Of a stretch of 64,000 nt of DNA, positions 61,071 to 64,000 are shown in pieces. The stretch's first letter is position 1. Every line of letters starts with the position of its first letter. The DNA is from Chiloscyllium plagiosum (lineage: Eukaryota). Position numbers and translations under genes: made by a program. The notes under the pieces are model-generated. The model saw nothing but the letters and a program-made list of their open reading frames with translations. It ran no database searches and was not told the origin of the DNA. The stretch spans positions 105,306,338 through 105,370,337 of the forward strand of contig NC_057710.1 in the NCBI RefSeq assembly GCF_004010195.1. The letters run 5' to 3'.

Positions 61071-64000
61071 TGTCTCTGAGCTAAAGTGGCAAGTAGTGCA
61101 TTAAGGGTACTGCGGAACACCCACAATTGTGAGAGCTTTCATTAATTTAGGGTGGGGCCTCAGGTTTGCCATTTGAAAGATTTGTGTGTATTGTTCTTGC
61201 ATGAAGGAAATAATTGGGCAGGATCCCACTTTAAATGTGTGCCCATGAGGATACAGCATATAGCTGAAGCTCTGCAGTAGCTCGATTGTCAACTGAAAAG
61301 AACAGGAAGAATAGAAGCAAGAACAGGTTGTAGAACTGCAGAAATAACACATCGCAAAATCAGGTCATTTGGCCCATCTTGTCCAACCTGACCCCAAGAC
61401 ACCCAGATGCCCTTTCTAATTCCTGCACACAGCCCATAGCCATTTGGTCCTTAACCCTGCTCCCCATTAGAGAATGATCTAAAGTCATTCATACACAGCT
61501 CTTTAAAAGCATTCTTTTTTTTCTTTTTTTCAGTGGGAGGTTTCAACAACCAAATACAAATGGGACAAAATGAATGTGAATGGCAGAGACAGCAGATAGA
61601 TGTATTAATCCAGTAAAACAACCACCACACCCAATTTAGGCTTGAGGTCTACTATATTAATAACTGATACTTTTGAATGACTAGAGGGATATCAGTTAAT
61701 TCACAATTTGGAACAATCATAAACATGCTCAATATGTGATAACTTCACTCATTTGACCTGTTAATGTTTTGTCTTGAAATGTAGATTTTTAAATTACTAT
61801 CTATTTCATGAAAAGTGGTTATGTTAATTGGAGTTAATCACCACAAAGAAAATATCATCTTCAACCTTGAAGGCACATTCCCAAAATGTCACACTGTTCA
61901 CATGGGTTGTGTTCTTGTAGAACCTAGCAAATGAAAAATTTGCAGTTAGGTTTTTGTAATGGTAACAAATGATATTCGTTAATGCGAGACATTTGGATCG
62001 GTCCTGTCCATCTAAATATCTGATATGTTAGTAGTAAGTCGTGCATAAGTAATATTTTTAATACATATAAAGCTGACTTATTGGAAGAATGTTCAATAGA
62101 ATAAGAAATATCCAATAGTTGTCACATTTGCCCTTAAATGAGGCTCTCCAGGATAAGCAGTTATCATAATAATGAACAGCCATGTGCAAACACTTTCATA
62201 GACAACATGGCAGATTGACAAATGTGCCGTACTCACTTTTTAGTTCAGGCAATACAGTGCAGTGTATCACAGATGCTTTCCATATCATGGAGGTTTACAA
62301 ACATTTACGTTTGTTTGCATTGCTTTTCACACTTCCTCTAAGATTCTTCCATTTTTTTTAAACCAAAGTGAAAATTGGACCTGCAATGTGTCAAATGATG
62401 TACATAAAGTTGTATGGATAAATGAATTCTACAAATGATGGAATTCTGTAATTGTGCTGCAAGTGACTATATATAAATTAAACCTGTGAATCTGTAAATT
62501 ATAAAACTCCACTCTATCATTTAATAATCAATTGTGTTATTATGGAATTAGAGAAAGTGTTAATAGGGACAATTATATTAATGTGTGCGATAATGGGATG
62601 CAATCTTTCTGTACAGCTGAGGTTATTTGAGAAAATATATTCCCTATGACCCAAGGAATATAATTGTGGGACTGATTTTAGTCAAATAGCAACCCCAAAG
62701 TTCAGAGATACCTCCATACATATTTTCAATCAGGCTGGACAGGGTGAGTGGGTGGTGCTGTGCCAAAATCACAGCAGCAATAGACCCTCTACCTGACCAA
62801 GGAAGCCTAGATAGATAAAAAAGGGGAGCTTAGAAGTGATGGGCCTCAGTAATGCTTCTGGGGGCTATCAAAAGGGGATCAATGACTTCCTGTGCAGCAC
62901 TCGGTTGAGTGTAAATGAATGATACTTGTGCATTGGCTGCCAACTGGACAACATGCAATAGATTTTGATGTAGAGGAGAATTGGCCAGACATCTGAAGGA
63001 TCTGTGCAGAGCCGCAGAGCAGCCTCATAAGAGTGTGAGTGAGAGATATGTGCACATTGATGCCAGAGCCTTCCAAGTCTAGTGAGAGGGGTATGGTGTG
63101 ATCAATGGTGAGAAAGGTGGGAAGATACAGTGAGAATGAAAAAAAAAATCAGATTCTCAACATTTCTCGATGTCTTCTGATTTTTTTTTGCCAACGTTTC
63201 AATGGTGACTTCAGAATCTTGTCAATGAGTGGCAACTATTTTATTTCTATACATTTGCATCTCATTGAATTACCAACTTGCCTTTGTTATATGCTACTTC
63301 CCATTCCATCTTCCTCCATAGAGAAACTAGTTCTTGGTGTAGACCAGAGTGGGTACCTGATGGGTGAAGCTCACAAAATACTTGTTCCAGCCATCATCCA
63401 ATGTCTTCTTTACAACTGTATCCCTGCATCCTCCATGACCCCAATCCTCCTGCGCATCTTGTTCACACAAGGCAGCATCTGAAATTAACTAGTCTCAACA
63501 CTTCCTCATACCTGTTCTCAAATTAATTGAGCTCACTTCAGCTCTTTGCCACTTCACCACCAATCCCATCTGTCTCATGAGAGAGTGGGAACATGGTGAC
63601 TTGCTTTAGTCAGGAACCTCCTTTAGACTCAGATTGATGTTCCAATACCTCTACCCACCCAAGTTATTTTCAAAAGCACAATCTTCATCACTGAGGTGAT
63701 GCTCAGGCACACCTATGACTTGGATGCTCTGTCAAGTCGATTTGTATGCTCAGACGTGTATCTGTGGAGGATACATCTTAAAGCTCTTACTATGCTTTCT
63801 CAACACTCATTCATTCACTCTGCATTGATTTGGAAGCTGCCAGCCTCTTTATATTTGACTTTGCTTCCTTGACCCCACACTCACTGACTTCAGCACTTAG
63901 TTACACAGTCAGTCTCTGTGTGGTTCACGTTTCATACTAAAGTGGAGAACTTCACATTTATCCATGTTATACTGCACTTGACATGTAGATGCTCACTCAT

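Overview
Non-genic, retroelement-dense vertebrate DNA. It is most likely from a cartilaginous fish (shark), inferred from the HE1-type SINEs, the abundant CR1 LINEs and the Penelope families. I found no convincing host protein-coding gene; nearly all ORFs in the track are transposon fragments or their antisense shadows. The window holds many CR1 LINE copies, some near full length with esterase ORF1 plus APE/RT ORF2 and often nested. It also has tRNA-derived SINEs and a degenerate full-length Gmr1-type Ty3/Gypsy LTR retrotransposon (48854-55427; SCAN-like gag, PR-INT-RT-RH order, tRNA-Pro PBS, ATAT TSD). Further elements are a solo LTR with a 5-bp TSD, a Tigger-like MITE, Harbinger transposase and Myb remnants, Rex1, RTE and Penelope GIY-YIG fragments, and two assembly gaps. 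The most interesting signal is a family of short fold-back Penelope-type insertions carrying a minimal hammerhead ribozyme. They share a fixed 3' end, have 8-14 bp TSDs, and their inversion junctions cluster at the predicted ribozyme cleavage site. Two further, unrelated hammerhead-like families are also present. All calls are by-eye; no database searches were run.
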